A stretch of 27,597 nucleotides of DNA from the IMG/VR virus record IMGVR_UViG_3300048033_000639, positions 1 to 27,597 of that record, one strand, 5' to 3'. The notes beneath the pieces were generated by a model. It was not told the origin of the DNA. It saw only the letters and a program-made list of their open reading frames with translations, and made no database searches. This DNA is from a virus (lineage: Duplodnaviria; Caudoviricetes). Of this stretch, positions 9,546 through 19,058 are shown one piece after another. The translations under genes were made by a program, and so were the position numbers. Position 1 is the first letter of the stretch, and each line of letters begins with the position of its first letter.

Positions 9546-9593
9546 AATCAGGAATTGTAGTATGTCAGTAACTACAATTTTATTTATTAGATA

Positions 9594-10448
9594 TTAGTCT
9601 GAGTCAGAACCAATAATCTTCACACCATGTGCGTTCTGCAGTATGCCTTGTCCACATACAGCAGTCATCATGATGTCTTCTGCTCTTGCAGCAGCCTGAC
9701 GCTGTGTTTCCATTGCGATACCGCCACGCATTGCGTGTCCAATAGCAGTTGGGCTGAATACAGCGCCTACTGCGTTTAGTTCTGTATCAGTGTCAGTGTC
9801 TAAATCACGCTTAACTAAGCTAGATTCAAAGATTTGGCAACCAGCAACTGATCCAATGTAGAAGCCACGTAATACGTCACTGCCAATTTCGCTAGCAGTT
9901 AGGTTTGCACCACCTGCTGTAGCAAGTTCTTTCTTCAACTGAAGAGCTTGACGTGGTGAAACAACAGCACTTAATGGTCCAACAACTTTGTTGTTGCGCA
10001 GTGTAGCAACTGCTTCAAAGATGTTGTCAACAGTGATTGCTGAGTCTTCTGTGCCTACTGAGTTAGTAAAGCTGTTGAATAGAGCAAACACGTCTGTGTC
10101 CATCTTTTCAGCAATAGCTCTACCAGCTTGTGCGCCTAAGTCAGCGATAACGTCACGCTGTGCTGAGTCACGTAGCATGTCAGTAACTTGGAAGTATGTA
10201 CCAATTTCAGCAAGTGTAATATCTACACTAGTAGTATTAGTGTCTGCTGCACTTGGTGCACTACCTTCAGTTAAGCCAGCTGCTGTTACAGCTGAGTATA
10301 CTGGTACTTGTAGTACTTTACCTGCATTTGATGGTACATCAAATGGAGTAACGATTGAGCGAGCAACTGATTGCTCATACATGGCGAACTGGGCTTCTGC
10401 AAGCAGTTTAGTAAACAGTTCGCTATTGATTGTGGTGTTATTAGCCAT
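9594..10448 (-). CDS. Major capsid protein (HK97 fold, scaffold-dependent type)
   Basis: 284 aa after the scaffold; GKVLQVPVY, LTEG, AIAEKMDTD, AVVSPRQ, IGSVAGCQIFES; AAGGAG RBS and a downstream terminator. Confidence 0.9.
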   Translation of the reverse strand: MANNTTINSELFTKLLAEAQFAMYEQSVARSIVTPFDVPSNAGKVLQVPVYSAVTAAGLTEGSAPSAADTNTTSVDITLAEIGTYFQVTDMLRDSAQRDVIADLGAQAGRAIAEKMDTDVFALFNSFTNSVGTEDSAITVDNIFEAVATLRNNKVVGPLSAVVSPRQALQLKKELATAGGANLTASEIGSDVLRGFYIGSVAGCQIFESSLVKRDLDTDTDTELNAVGAVFSPTAIGHAMRGGIAMETQRQAAARAEDIMMTAVCGQGILQNAHGVKIIGSDSD

Positions 10449-10475
10449 AATAATAGTCTCCTTAAAGTGTTAGGC

Positions 10476-11153
10476 TTATCTACGCCTTTGTTGTGCGTAG
10501 ACTTTTCTATGTTCTGGATTTGACATATCCAGTTTGCTTACGTCCAAGGGCTCTTTGCTATTATTAATAGAACTCTTTGTATTAGTAGTTGATGGTGTTG
10601 CTTGTACAAAGTGCGGGTTTGAATCTAGGAATTCCTTGACTAAATCGTCTACTCCTAGTGCTTCGCCTGCATCATTGTAGCGCACACTTCCGTCACTACC
10701 TACAACTTCAACGGATCCCTCTTCACCTAAACGCACATTGTTTTTAAGCAATGATTTAACCTGTTCTGGTTGTACTGAGCGATACTTTGCTGCTGCATTC
10801 AACAAAGGTGTATCCACCTTGTATTCTTTAATAATTGCATCACGCTTTTGGATTTCAGCGTCTTTTTTAGCAGCCATTTCCTGTAGAGTCTTTTCAAATT
10901 CACCACGCTTTAGTTGCTCTTCTTGACGTTGCGCTTCCGCCTTTGTTTTGAGCTCGCGTAATTCCTCTGGATCTCCCAAGTCTTGGTACGGCTTAACTGC
11001 TTTCTGAGTTACAGCATGGCGCATTTTTGCCATTGCATCATCAAACTCTTGCTGCGTATAAGTCTTTTCTACTGGTGCCTGAGCTTCAACTGTTTGTGAC
11101 TGGGTGTCAGTTACCTCTGTGTCTACCGTGGTTTGTTGGTCCATCGTTACCAT
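10476..11153 (-). CDS. Capsid scaffolding protein
   Basis: KTYTQQEFD motif, coiled coil, NPHFV, basic C-terminal helix; directly upstream of the capsid gene. Start may be ATG 11144. Confidence 0.8.
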   Translation of the reverse strand: MVTMDQQTTVDTEVTDTQSQTVEAQAPVEKTYTQQEFDDAMAKMRHAVTQKAVKPYQDLGDPEELRELKTKAEAQRQEEQLKRGEFEKTLQEMAAKKDAEIQKRDAIIKEYKVDTPLLNAAAKYRSVQPEQVKSLLKNNVRLGEEGSVEVVGSDGSVRYNDAGEALGVDDLVKEFLDSNPHFVQATPSTTNTKSSINNSKEPLDVSKLDMSNPEHRKVYAQQRRR

Positions 11154-11180
11154 ACCTCCTAATGAGTAATTTTTGTAATG

Positions 11181-11546
11181 TTATTTATGTTCAATGCGTT
11201 TTCTTATGGAATTTAAGTGATTTCTTTCCTGTTGTATGATTACTGGTACAGGAGTACTATCACCTTTGTATCTTGGATGACTCCATAAAAATTCATATTG
11301 AGGATACTGCACATTCAGCTTGTCAGCCCATTTGTTTAGCAGTCTAGGTGATGCATTTACATGCACATAAACTCTTGCACTGTAGCCATCTAAATCTTCT
11401 ACGGTGCCCAGCCACGCTGCAATGTCTATGGTATCTTTTTTCCAAGCAGCCAAACTCCAAGGGCAAACGCCTTGAATCTGTTGGAAATAGTCGCACCAAT
11501 TAACCTCTGCGTGACTTTTTCTTTTTGTTTTTCTTTTTCTTACCAC
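11181..11546 (-). CDS. Hypothetical protein with W..YF..I..VCPWS motif; start uncertain
   Basis: Open frame with a folded-looking core; the GTG start lies inside the upstream basic micro-ORF. Confidence 0.6.
   Translation of the reverse strand: MVRKRKTKRKSHAEVNWCDYFQQIQGVCPWSLAAWKKDTIDIAAWLGTVEDLDGYSARVYVHVNASPRLLNKWADKLNVQYPQYEFLWSHPRYKGDSTPVPVIIQQERNHLNSIRKRIEHK
11182..11189 (-). promoter_or_regulatory. Late-promoter variant CATAAATA before scaffold and capsid
   Basis: Same core motif at a gene junction. Confidence 0.55.
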
Positions 11547-11559
11547 GAGCCATTGCCAT
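11500..11559 (-). CDS. 19-aa Lys/Arg-rich micropeptide MAMARGKKKKNKKKKSRRG
   Basis: GAGGAG RBS 7 nt before ATG 11559; TAA at 11500-11502; below the ORF-track size cut-off. Confidence 0.6.
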   Translation of the reverse strand: MAMARGKKKKNKKKKSRRG

Positions 11560-11570
11560 GTGTTTTCTCC

Positions 11571-11765
11571 TCATTTACTTTTTTTAGTTATTGACAAGCG
11601 TGTGCGTTTGCCACGCTTTTTAGCACTGCCCTGTGCTATACGCATGCCTTTGTTAAAGCTGGAGCTGCTACGTGTTAGACTTCTCCCACCACGTCTAAAG
11701 TAGCTAGCTCCTGCTTTGTGCCCCCCGCAATCAGTTTTACACTGACTTCCTCTGTATGTTGCCAT
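11571..11765 (-). CDS. Small highly basic protein (64 aa)
   Basis: GAGGAG RBS; K/R/S/G-rich with C-x3-C-GGH. Confidence 0.65.
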   Translation of the reverse strand: MATYRGSQCKTDCGGHKAGASYFRRGGRSLTRSSSSFNKGMRIAQGSAKKRGKRTRLSITKKSK

Positions 11766-11787
11766 AATGGCTCCTCACGCTCTGCTT

Positions 11788-11856
11788 TTAATTTACCACT
11801 TGCCATAGTAGTATTCCTACTACTACTAATATGTATGCATGTACAATATTAATCAT
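11788..11856 (-). CDS. Possible 22-aa hydrophobic peptide MINIVHAYILVVVGILLWQVVN
   Basis: ATG overlaps the portal 3' end and the ORF fills most of the gap; no clear RBS. Confidence 0.3.
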   Translation of the reverse strand: MINIVHAYILVVVGILLWQVVN

Positions 11857-13330
11857 CACTAGATGTTAACAGTGCAGCTTTTGCTGTGTCAATGTCTGCT
11901 TGATTGATTTCATTGTGCATTGCTAATATTTGTGCATCAGTATAACCTTCCATAATCATTTGTTGAATATGTGCAGTTCTGTTAGCACCTGATGTTGTTA
12001 CTGGATGCTTCATTTCTTCGTCATAGTCTACATCCATCCATTGTGCAACCTGTTCGTCAATTTCTCTCAACAGTCTTGGATCAGTTACAGTTTCTTTGGC
12101 AATGCGCAACTGAGTAATTTCATTTGCTGTGTCTCTAATGTTGAAGCTGCCTGGATATTCAAGTGTGCCATCCCAGGTGTATCCTTGATAAAAAGCATAC
12201 AGTCTCCAAATTTGCTCTTCTGCTAATTCTAAGTTGTCTGCTTTTTCACTTAGTTTAGCATTTAACAGAGCAAACTCTGTTTCCATTGCAACGCCACTCA
12301 TTGTTTTTGATTCTGTTGCTCTTACAGCACCTGTGTTTGCCATCTTGTCAATAGCACTAACACTTGCTGTGATTGAATTGTATATTGAATTAATGTCAGT
12401 GCTTACATCCAGTAAATATGGTTTTAGTCCAGGATCTAAATCGTCTGGCATTGATACTACAGCACCTGCACCACCAACAGCTTCTACTGTGGGTGTTTTA
12501 ACCAATGCTGGGTGTCCATTTAATCTAATTGATTGTTCTACTTCTGAATATTCATTGTAGATTTTCTTTTGGTGATCCGCAATGTCTGCAATGTCTGAAA
12601 TGCCAAGTCCACGCACAACAGCACGTTGGTTATAAGCAATAACAACTGGAACCATACCTAGTTCATTTTGCTCTTGGTAGCTTTCAATTACTTCACGCTT
12701 GCCAGTGTTGACTTTGGTTGTAGTAATAGTGTCATTGGTCCATTCTTTGATTACAGTTTCATCACCATTTACATCTTCAATGTATTTGATGTAGTCAAGT
12801 GTGTACTTGCCATTGCGGCTTCTGTTCCAACTCCAGTCTGTTACTACTAGAGGTGATAGTATGCTTAGATAAGGACGTACACCTTGGGCTATTTCTTCTG
12901 CTCTATTGGCTGCACCTATGTTTGGTTTTGTTACCATTACAAATGCATGTCCAAATATACTTGCGTAAGTGCTTACTTCTTTCATAAATGCATCAAGACT
13001 TCTGCCATCATAATCAGCGTCTCTGAGGAAATCATTTAATGCTGGGTCATTTTCAATGCTTCCTAGGTCTCTGTATGGCTTATTACGGAATAAGAAACTG
13101 ATGTAAACACTTATTACACTTTTACAATGGTTATCCAATGGTGTTGCATCAAGCCTTGCTTGGTATTCATCACCTGTTTCCAGTTGGTACTGTGTTAGGT
13201 GTGCAGCACGACGATAGTCTTCTCCACCCACATAACTTTCTAATAGGTACTCCCAGCGTTGCTGGTACCTTTCATATGTTTCATTTGCCGCTATGGCATA
13301 TACGTAAGCATCTTCTAATAGTCTTTGCAT
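11849..13330 (-). CDS. Portal protein
   Basis: 493 aa right after TerL; Y..RL..T..DNHCK, DADYDGRSLD, FGHAFVMV, N.LG.VPVV, GISDI.DIA, SGVA...EF..LN..L motifs. Confidence 0.9.
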   Translation of the reverse strand: MQRLLEDAYVYAIAANETYERYQQRWEYLLESYVGGEDYRRAAHLTQYQLETGDEYQARLDATPLDNHCKSVISVYISFLFRNKPYRDLGSIENDPALNDFLRDADYDGRSLDAFMKEVSTYASIFGHAFVMVTKPNIGAANRAEEIAQGVRPYLSILSPLVVTDWSWNRSRNGKYTLDYIKYIEDVNGDETVIKEWTNDTITTTKVNTGKREVIESYQEQNELGMVPVVIAYNQRAVVRGLGISDIADIADHQKKIYNEYSEVEQSIRLNGHPALVKTPTVEAVGGAGAVVSMPDDLDPGLKPYLLDVSTDINSIYNSITASVSAIDKMANTGAVRATESKTMSGVAMETEFALLNAKLSEKADNLELAEEQIWRLYAFYQGYTWDGTLEYPGSFNIRDTANEITQLRIAKETVTDPRLLREIDEQVAQWMDVDYDEEMKHPVTTSGANRTAHIQQMIMEGYTDAQILAMHNEINQADIDTAKAALLTSSDD

Positions 13331-13334
13331 TTTC

Positions 13335-14567
13335 TTACCCCAGTTTGTGTCCCCATCTAGTGGGTTGTTCTATTTCTCCGTAGTCGCGTTTGATTGGGAA
13401 CAATCCATCAACGCAGTATCCTAGTGCGTCCATCATGTGATCCAAACCACTTGACTTGTCAGGTTGAGTTGTTCCTTCTCTATACACCTGCTTTTCTAAA
13501 CCTTCAATTGTGTGTTTGCACGTTGGTGCAATCAAAAGATTTATTGCACCTGCGTCATTTGACAGTCTTGAATTGACTGCATTAATTCTGTCTCTCACAG
13601 GTGTGTGTGCTTTGTTGGCTTTTACTATCCAGCCTGCATTTTGCAGTATGCGTATGTCAGTAACACCGCCTGCACTTGTTTTGCGTTGGCGTCCTGCAGG
13701 ATCTGGAAATGCCATTATTCTAGCTCTTGGATAGCGTGTGGTTACTTCGTCTACTAATTCGTTTGTGTTTGATCCAAATATTCTTATTTCATCAAATGCA
13801 TGCAGTGTGTCACCTTCACGTGCAAACAGCACAGCACTCATTGGATCAATGTTAAAGTCACAACCTAAATAGATTGTGTGTGGTGTTTTACCCACATATT
13901 CATGCACATGACGTTTTCTATCAAATGCATAGTATACTCTACCAGCATATTCTTCAAATGTAGCAAGAAACTCTTGACGGAAACTGCGTTCGTCTAGGTC
14001 CTGTCTTGCTGATTCTATTTCTTCTAGTGGTACATTGCCGCCGTCAATGGTTGTGTATTGAAAACTGCACCATGATTTTGATGTTTCTTCCATTAGGTAC
14101 ATGTCATGTGCCCAGTTTGAGAAACCTTTGGGTGTGCCTATAAACAGTGCGCCACCTTGTCTGTCTGCTAGTGTTGGACGCAGTACTTCTGCCCATGCAG
14201 TTTTGTCCATTTCAGCAAATTCATCCAACACAAGAAAGTCTAAGCCTACACCACGTAAGCTGTCTGCATTGTCTGCGCCTTTGAGTGATATAATTGACGA
14301 GTTTTTAAGATGTACAGTTAGTTCGCTTTCATTGATTTTGCTAACCCAGCGTAGTTTTAACAGTTTGGCTTTGAGTTTTTGCCATGCAATCAACTTGGCT
14401 TGACGGTATGTGGGTGCTACGTACCATACTGTCTTGTTGGGCTCTTTTGCATGTTTGCATAATTCTCTAATAGCAAGGTGTGTTTTACCAAAGCGGCGTC
14501 CTGCCACTACCACCTTAAAGCGGTGTGGTGCAGCAACTATTTCTTGTTGTGCCCAACGCAATGCCAT
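13335..14567 (-). CDS. terL: Terminase large subunit
   Basis: Walker A VVAGRRFGKT, YVAPTYRQAK, Walker B LRGVGLDFLVLDE, motif III GTPKG, nuclease GCDFN and DHMMDALGY. Confidence 0.97.
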   Translation of the reverse strand: MALRWAQQEIVAAPHRFKVVVAGRRFGKTHLAIRELCKHAKEPNKTVWYVAPTYRQAKLIAWQKLKAKLLKLRWVSKINESELTVHLKNSSIISLKGADNADSLRGVGLDFLVLDEFAEMDKTAWAEVLRPTLADRQGGALFIGTPKGFSNWAHDMYLMEETSKSWCSFQYTTIDGGNVPLEEIESARQDLDERSFRQEFLATFEEYAGRVYYAFDRKRHVHEYVGKTPHTIYLGCDFNIDPMSAVLFAREGDTLHAFDEIRIFGSNTNELVDEVTTRYPRARIMAFPDPAGRQRKTSAGGVTDIRILQNAGWIVKANKAHTPVRDRINAVNSRLSNDAGAINLLIAPTCKHTIEGLEKQVYREGTTQPDKSSGLDHMMDALGYCVDGLFPIKRDYGEIEQPTRWGHKLG

Positions 14568-14905
14568 TATGCGAATCTCTCCTCACACTTGATTCTAAAG
14601 CGTCTTGCTTCAGTTATACCGTCTACTGTGGTAATTGTACATGTAACAGTATAGATGTTTTTGTCTGAGCCGCCACTTAGTTCTACGTAGGCAAGCAATC
14701 CATCTCCTGTTATACCAGAACTTTCAATTGCAAGTGGTGCACTGTCACCTGTGATGGTTTCTACAGTGTAAACTGCACTTGCAAGTTGATCTGAATCAGG
14801 CATCCAATCAGTGGTCCAATCCATTTGGTACACCAATTGTGCCGCTGGATCTTTGGAAATATAACTTCCTTTGTGATCCTGTTTGTATCCTGTTATTGTT
14901 GTCAT
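14567..14905 (-). CDS. Small structural protein, probable fibre adaptor
   Basis: KDP.A.L.Y..DW...W motif and beta-rich sequence; coupled to the 1380-aa fibre-like gene. Confidence 0.5.
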   Translation of the reverse strand: MTTITGYKQDHKGSYISKDPAAQLVYQMDWTTDWMPDSDQLASAVYTVETITGDSAPLAIESSGITGDGLLAYVELSGGSDKNIYTVTCTITTVDGITEARRFRIKCEERFA

Positions 14906-17900
14906 ATTTCTAGCACCCTTGTTTCTTGTTCAACAGTTAAATCTCTATCCTCATCAAGTATTTTAATACTTCTTGTTTCTTGTGGTATCAACAGTGTCCT
15001 AAATGGATCAATTGCTATCACATCACCAGCTGTTACAGTTACTACAAATAGATCTAATTCTACTAGACCCTGTACAACCCTGTAGGCGTTTGCATAGAAT
15101 GGTGCAAACTGTGCCTCAAGCTCAGCTTGACTAAATCTAATTCTATCACCAACAACTGTTAAACTTGCAGCTGTATTTAACCCTGAGCCCGCTGGCTGTA
15201 TTCTTGTTACGGAACTAGCAAGTGTAAACTCAGCATCTGTTACAAGTTCAAAGCCTTTGGTTTGTGTTACAGTAACTTCATCTATAGTTGCTGCTGCACT
15301 TATTGCGCTTGTACCAGGACGTATTCTATCAACATCAACTGCAAGCGTGGCTAGTGTGCTGATGCTAGATTCAAAGCTAACAGTGTTGAATGCTTGTGCT
15401 GTTAGTGTGGTTGTGTTGTTGAGTATAGCTGCTACTACAGCAGTAAGGCTTGGTGTAGCTGCAATAGTTGCACTAGCTGCAAGCTGTGTTTCTGCTGTGC
15501 GTTTTGCATTTACAACAGCTGCAAAGCTCATTACACCGTCAATGTCTACAGTTGTTCTAGTAGTCTTTGCTGCTGTTACACTCATTGTTGCAGTTACACT
15601 TGGTGTAATTGCGCCTGGCGATCTCAGTCTCTCTGCAGAACTGTTAAATACAGCAGACGCATCTAGCACAAATTCATTGTCTCTTGTGCGTAGTGCTGTG
15701 ACACTCATTGTTGCACTTGCACTTGCGTCAATCTGGGCAGGACGTAACAATCCACCTGTGGCACTTAGTGTAGCAGCTACACCTAGTGTGGTGTCTGCAA
15801 AGCGTATTCTATCACCTGATGTTGACAGTGCAGCACTTGCACTTAGTGTAGTGTCAGCAAAGCGGACTCTGTTGCCGTCTATAGTTTGAGTTGCTGTTAC
15901 TATGTTATCCTGTGACGTACCTGTAATAAGTCTTGCAAGTACAGTCCAAGTAAAACTAGTGTCACTAGAACTGGTAGTAAAACTACTGTTGGTAAGAAAT
16001 TGTGCGTTGCTTGTACTGCTCAGTGTGGTTGGTGTAACTGCTAGTGTAGCTGTTGTTACTGTAACTGTGCTGGTTTCATATGTAAAGACGCCATCACTGC
16101 CAGCATAATCTTCTGGAGCATAAATTGGGTTTTCATTATCTTCAATTAGAGTCTGACTTAACCAAATATTTCTAACTTGATCATAATCGCTTGAGTCAGG
16201 AAAAGCGTTCCAATATCCATTACCTGCGGTTAAGTACCATTGGTCCTTGGTTTGTATATCAATACTGCCAAGAAGCTCTGTTGATCCAGTTTCAACGTAG
16301 TAATTTGCTATCTTTGTGCCTGTGTCATCAATTACAACAACTTTACCTGTTTCTGCATTCAACACCAATACATTATCGTCTGCGTCAACTGCAATTTTAA
16401 CTGAATCTGTGCCATCTTCGTCAGTTTCAATTTGACGTATCCAATTTAAGTCTAGACTTGAATCAAATTGTGCAATGCCTTGATTGCCCAATGAATTGCT
16501 GCTTATGTAAACTAAGAATCGTCCTTGACTGTCTAGTTCTGCATCCAGTGGTAGTACACTACTACCAGTATAATCAATAAGTTTACTGATGAGTACACTG
16601 CCATCTGTGTCTAGTTTTTGTAGTACGGTTACTCTTTCAGTACCACCTGAGGTTTGAGCATGTGTGGCTAGATACATTTCACCACTTGAGTTTGCATCTA
16701 TGTAGGTGTCAAAGTAGTCAAGACTTGCGCCATCATCAACGTCAATGCTCAAATCATTTGTAGTTAAATCACTCAAGTCAATGCGTATGACTCTTGTTTC
16801 ATATGATTCAGTGCTTGAAAAACCTGCAATATACAAATAGCCATTTCTAATACGTGCATTTCTTAGGCTTGCTTGTAGTATCTGTCTAGACTGTGCTACA
16901 CTACCATCAAATACATTGATTTTAACAATATAAACTCTGTCGTCTGTTTCACCACTGGTTGTGCTTCTACTGCCAAGTACTACATATATGTGTTCATCAT
17001 AATATTGTATCTCAGCAACTTCTGCATAGTCAATAAAGTTTGTGTAAGATTTCTGCCACTGTATATCACCAATAGTATTGGCTTTTACAAGTACAAAATC
17101 ACTTCCAGTGCCCACTTCCAAACCTAAACCATAGAAGTTGTTGTAGGCATCATAAACAGTCTTAGTGCCACTATAGGTATTATTAGTGTTTAACCAAGCA
17201 GCTAGGCGCATTCTTTCTGGTAACAGTGTTGTTGTAACACTTAGTGCAAATTGGGCTGACAGTGCGCTTGCTGCAGGTTTTATATTACCTGGTGTAGCTG
17301 CAAGTGTAGCAGTGCTAGAAAGGTTGCAGTCAGCTGCAACAGCTTTGATTGCATCTACAGCTAGTGTAGCTGTAGTGTTGACGTCAACAGCTGTTGCTCT
17401 TGTTCTTTGCGCAGTTGCACCTAGTGTGGCACTAGCTGTTGCTGTAACAGTACCGCCTACTTGTTTGATACTGTCAGCACTTAGTGTTGCAAATGTTTCT
17501 AGATAAGCATCACCTGGATTTATAGCAATAGTAGCGACAGAGAAACTTGCCGCACCTGATATATCAACAGTTGCACTCACAGTCTTTGCTGCTGTTGTGC
17601 TTAGTGCAGCCTGTGTGTTTAGGTTTATTGTGCCCTGTTCTATCTCAGCAACTGCTGCAACAACTGTTGCACTCGCTGCGAGTGTGCATTGTGCCAGCAC
17701 AGTTTTAGCAGCATCAGCACTTAGTGTTAGTGCGCTGTCAAGGCTTGCAGCACCCAACAAGTATTCACTTACATCATCTGAGAAGTCAGTGTCAAAGTGT
17801 GCAAGTAGTATGGTGTTGGCTTGTTGTGCAGCTGTGAGTGTGTATGCACTAGTTGGCGTTGTAAAACTGGTGGTGTTGGTTGGAACTAATAAACTGGTGC

Positions 17901-19044
17901 TAGCATATAATTCATCTAGGTAACCAATGCCATCAGCGTTTGAATCAAAGTTTCTACCTAGATCCAAACTGTTGTTGATGTTTGGATATGCCCCAGTTGA
18001 AGTGTCACTTGTGGGTGTGTCAATACCACCATCTACCCATAGATAGTAGGCATCGTCTATTTCAACTCGTATGTGTTTGAAGTCTGTCCAGTTTAGGTAT
18101 GTGTCTGACACATACTGTTCAGTTGTGCCACCAATGGTAGATTTTACAATCACTCTCCATTGGGTGTCACTGCCTGAATCTGCTAATCTATTGATTTTAA
18201 CAAGGAAAAAGTCGTCAGTGGTTACATCATCTTGTTGTAGGTACACCACACAGTTTTGATTGGTGCTGACAGTGTCAGGTTTAAACCAGAAATCAATGGT
18301 TTGTACACCTTTGTAGTCTGCACTATCATAGTATTGTACTTGTTTATTGGCGCCAATCCTTGCACTAGCACCACCAAACTTAGAATTTGAAGTGTCTATG
18401 GTTGGTGTATTTTGAGTAACAAATGGACGTGGACGTTGATTAGCAACTTGTGCTGAGATAGCTAATTCAACAGTGCTGTTTAGCGTAGCTTGTGCAAGTT
18501 TAGCTTCAGTTGCGTCAACAGTTAAACCAAAAGATGCTGAAAGACTGGTGTCAAACCCAGTCACTTTTGCCGCTTGAAGGCTTAAATTAACAATATTTGA
18601 CAGTGTTATTGAGGTTCTAGCTGTTATGTCTGCTGCTACACTAACTGTTGATTGCGAATCTAGTATAGCTGTGTGATTTTTAAGTGCAGCCGCAGCTGCT
18701 GAGAACGTCATTGCACTATCTATTGCAATGTTAGCTTGTTTTGTTGTGCCTGCTGTTGCTGTTGCTGTTGCTGCTACCGCAAGACTTGCTGTGGCAGGTT
18801 GTATACGTTCGCCACTCACAGTTAAACTTGCAGCTGCGCTAAGTGCAGCACTTGCTTCTTGTACTACGCCTGCTACAAAATAACCTGAATCAATGTAATC
18901 AGGAATAAAATAACCAGTTGTACTTGCTATGTCACCTGAGCATGACAGTGAAGCACTAGCACTTACACTTGCACCAGCGTCAGCTACATAGGCAAAATAA
19001 TTGTCATCAATGTAGCCATCTTCAAAATAGTACTGGTCCGCCAC
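14902..19044 (-). CDS. 1380-aa fibre-like protein: 20-aa Ala/Thr/Ser repeats with a LamG/ConA-like domain and a probable beta-propeller
   Basis: 20-aa periodicity (RVRFADTTLSASAALSTSGD / RIRFADTTLGVAATLSATGG); SKFGGAS...TIDFWFKP...GYLDEL; propeller-like G.IQWQKS and LNWIRQI blades; AAGGAG before GTG. Confidence 0.75.
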   Translation of the reverse strand: MADQYYFEDGYIDDNYFAYVADAGASVSASASLSCSGDIASTTGYFIPDYIDSGYFVAGVVQEASAALSAAASLTVSGERIQPATASLAVAATATATAGTTKQANIAIDSAMTFSAAAAALKNHTAILDSQSTVSVAADITARTSITLSNIVNLSLQAAKVTGFDTSLSASFGLTVDATEAKLAQATLNSTVELAISAQVANQRPRPFVTQNTPTIDTSNSKFGGASARIGANKQVQYYDSADYKGVQTIDFWFKPDTVSTNQNCVVYLQQDDVTTDDFFLVKINRLADSGSDTQWRVIVKSTIGGTTEQYVSDTYLNWTDFKHIRVEIDDAYYLWVDGGIDTPTSDTSTGAYPNINNSLDLGRNFDSNADGIGYLDELYASTSLLVPTNTTSFTTPTSAYTLTAAQQANTILLAHFDTDFSDDVSEYLLGAASLDSALTLSADAAKTVLAQCTLAASATVVAAVAEIEQGTINLNTQAALSTTAAKTVSATVDISGAASFSVATIAINPGDAYLETFATLSADSIKQVGGTVTATASATLGATAQRTRATAVDVNTTATLAVDAIKAVAADCNLSSTATLAATPGNIKPAASALSAQFALSVTTTLLPERMRLAAWLNTNNTYSGTKTVYDAYNNFYGLGLEVGTGSDFVLVKANTIGDIQWQKSYTNFIDYAEVAEIQYYDEHIYVVLGSRSTTSGETDDRVYIVKINVFDGSVAQSRQILQASLRNARIRNGYLYIAGFSSTESYETRVIRIDLSDLTTNDLSIDVDDGASLDYFDTYIDANSSGEMYLATHAQTSGGTERVTVLQKLDTDGSVLISKLIDYTGSSVLPLDAELDSQGRFLVYISSNSLGNQGIAQFDSSLDLNWIRQIETDEDGTDSVKIAVDADDNVLVLNAETGKVVVIDDTGTKIANYYVETGSTELLGSIDIQTKDQWYLTAGNGYWNAFPDSSDYDQVRNIWLSQTLIEDNENPIYAPEDYAGSDGVFTYETSTVTVTTATLAVTPTTLSSTSNAQFLTNSSFTTSSSDTSFTWTVLARLITGTSQDNIVTATQTIDGNRVRFADTTLSASAALSTSGDRIRFADTTLGVAATLSATGGLLRPAQIDASASATMSVTALRTRDNEFVLDASAVFNSSAERLRSPGAITPSVTATMSVTAAKTTRTTVDIDGVMSFAAVVNAKRTAETQLAASATIAATPSLTAVVAAILNNTTTLTAQAFNTVSFESSISTLATLAVDVDRIRPGTSAISAAATIDEVTVTQTKGFELVTDAEFTLASSVTRIQPAGSGLNTAASLTVVGDRIRFSQAELEAQFAPFYANAYRVVQGLVELDLFVVTVTAGDVIAIDPFRTLLIPQETRSIKILDEDRDLTVEQETRVLEI

Positions 19045-19058
19045 AGGCTCAGTCTCCT

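Noticed and set aside
11675-11806. Alternative ORF MASGKLKAEREEPLWQ...
   Set aside because: It overlaps the 64-aa basic gene, which has the stronger RBS.
15174-15180. TTAAATA inside the 1380-aa gene as a promoter
   Set aside because: Intragenic, encodes Leu-Asn-Thr and lies about 270 nt from the next start; plausibly chance.
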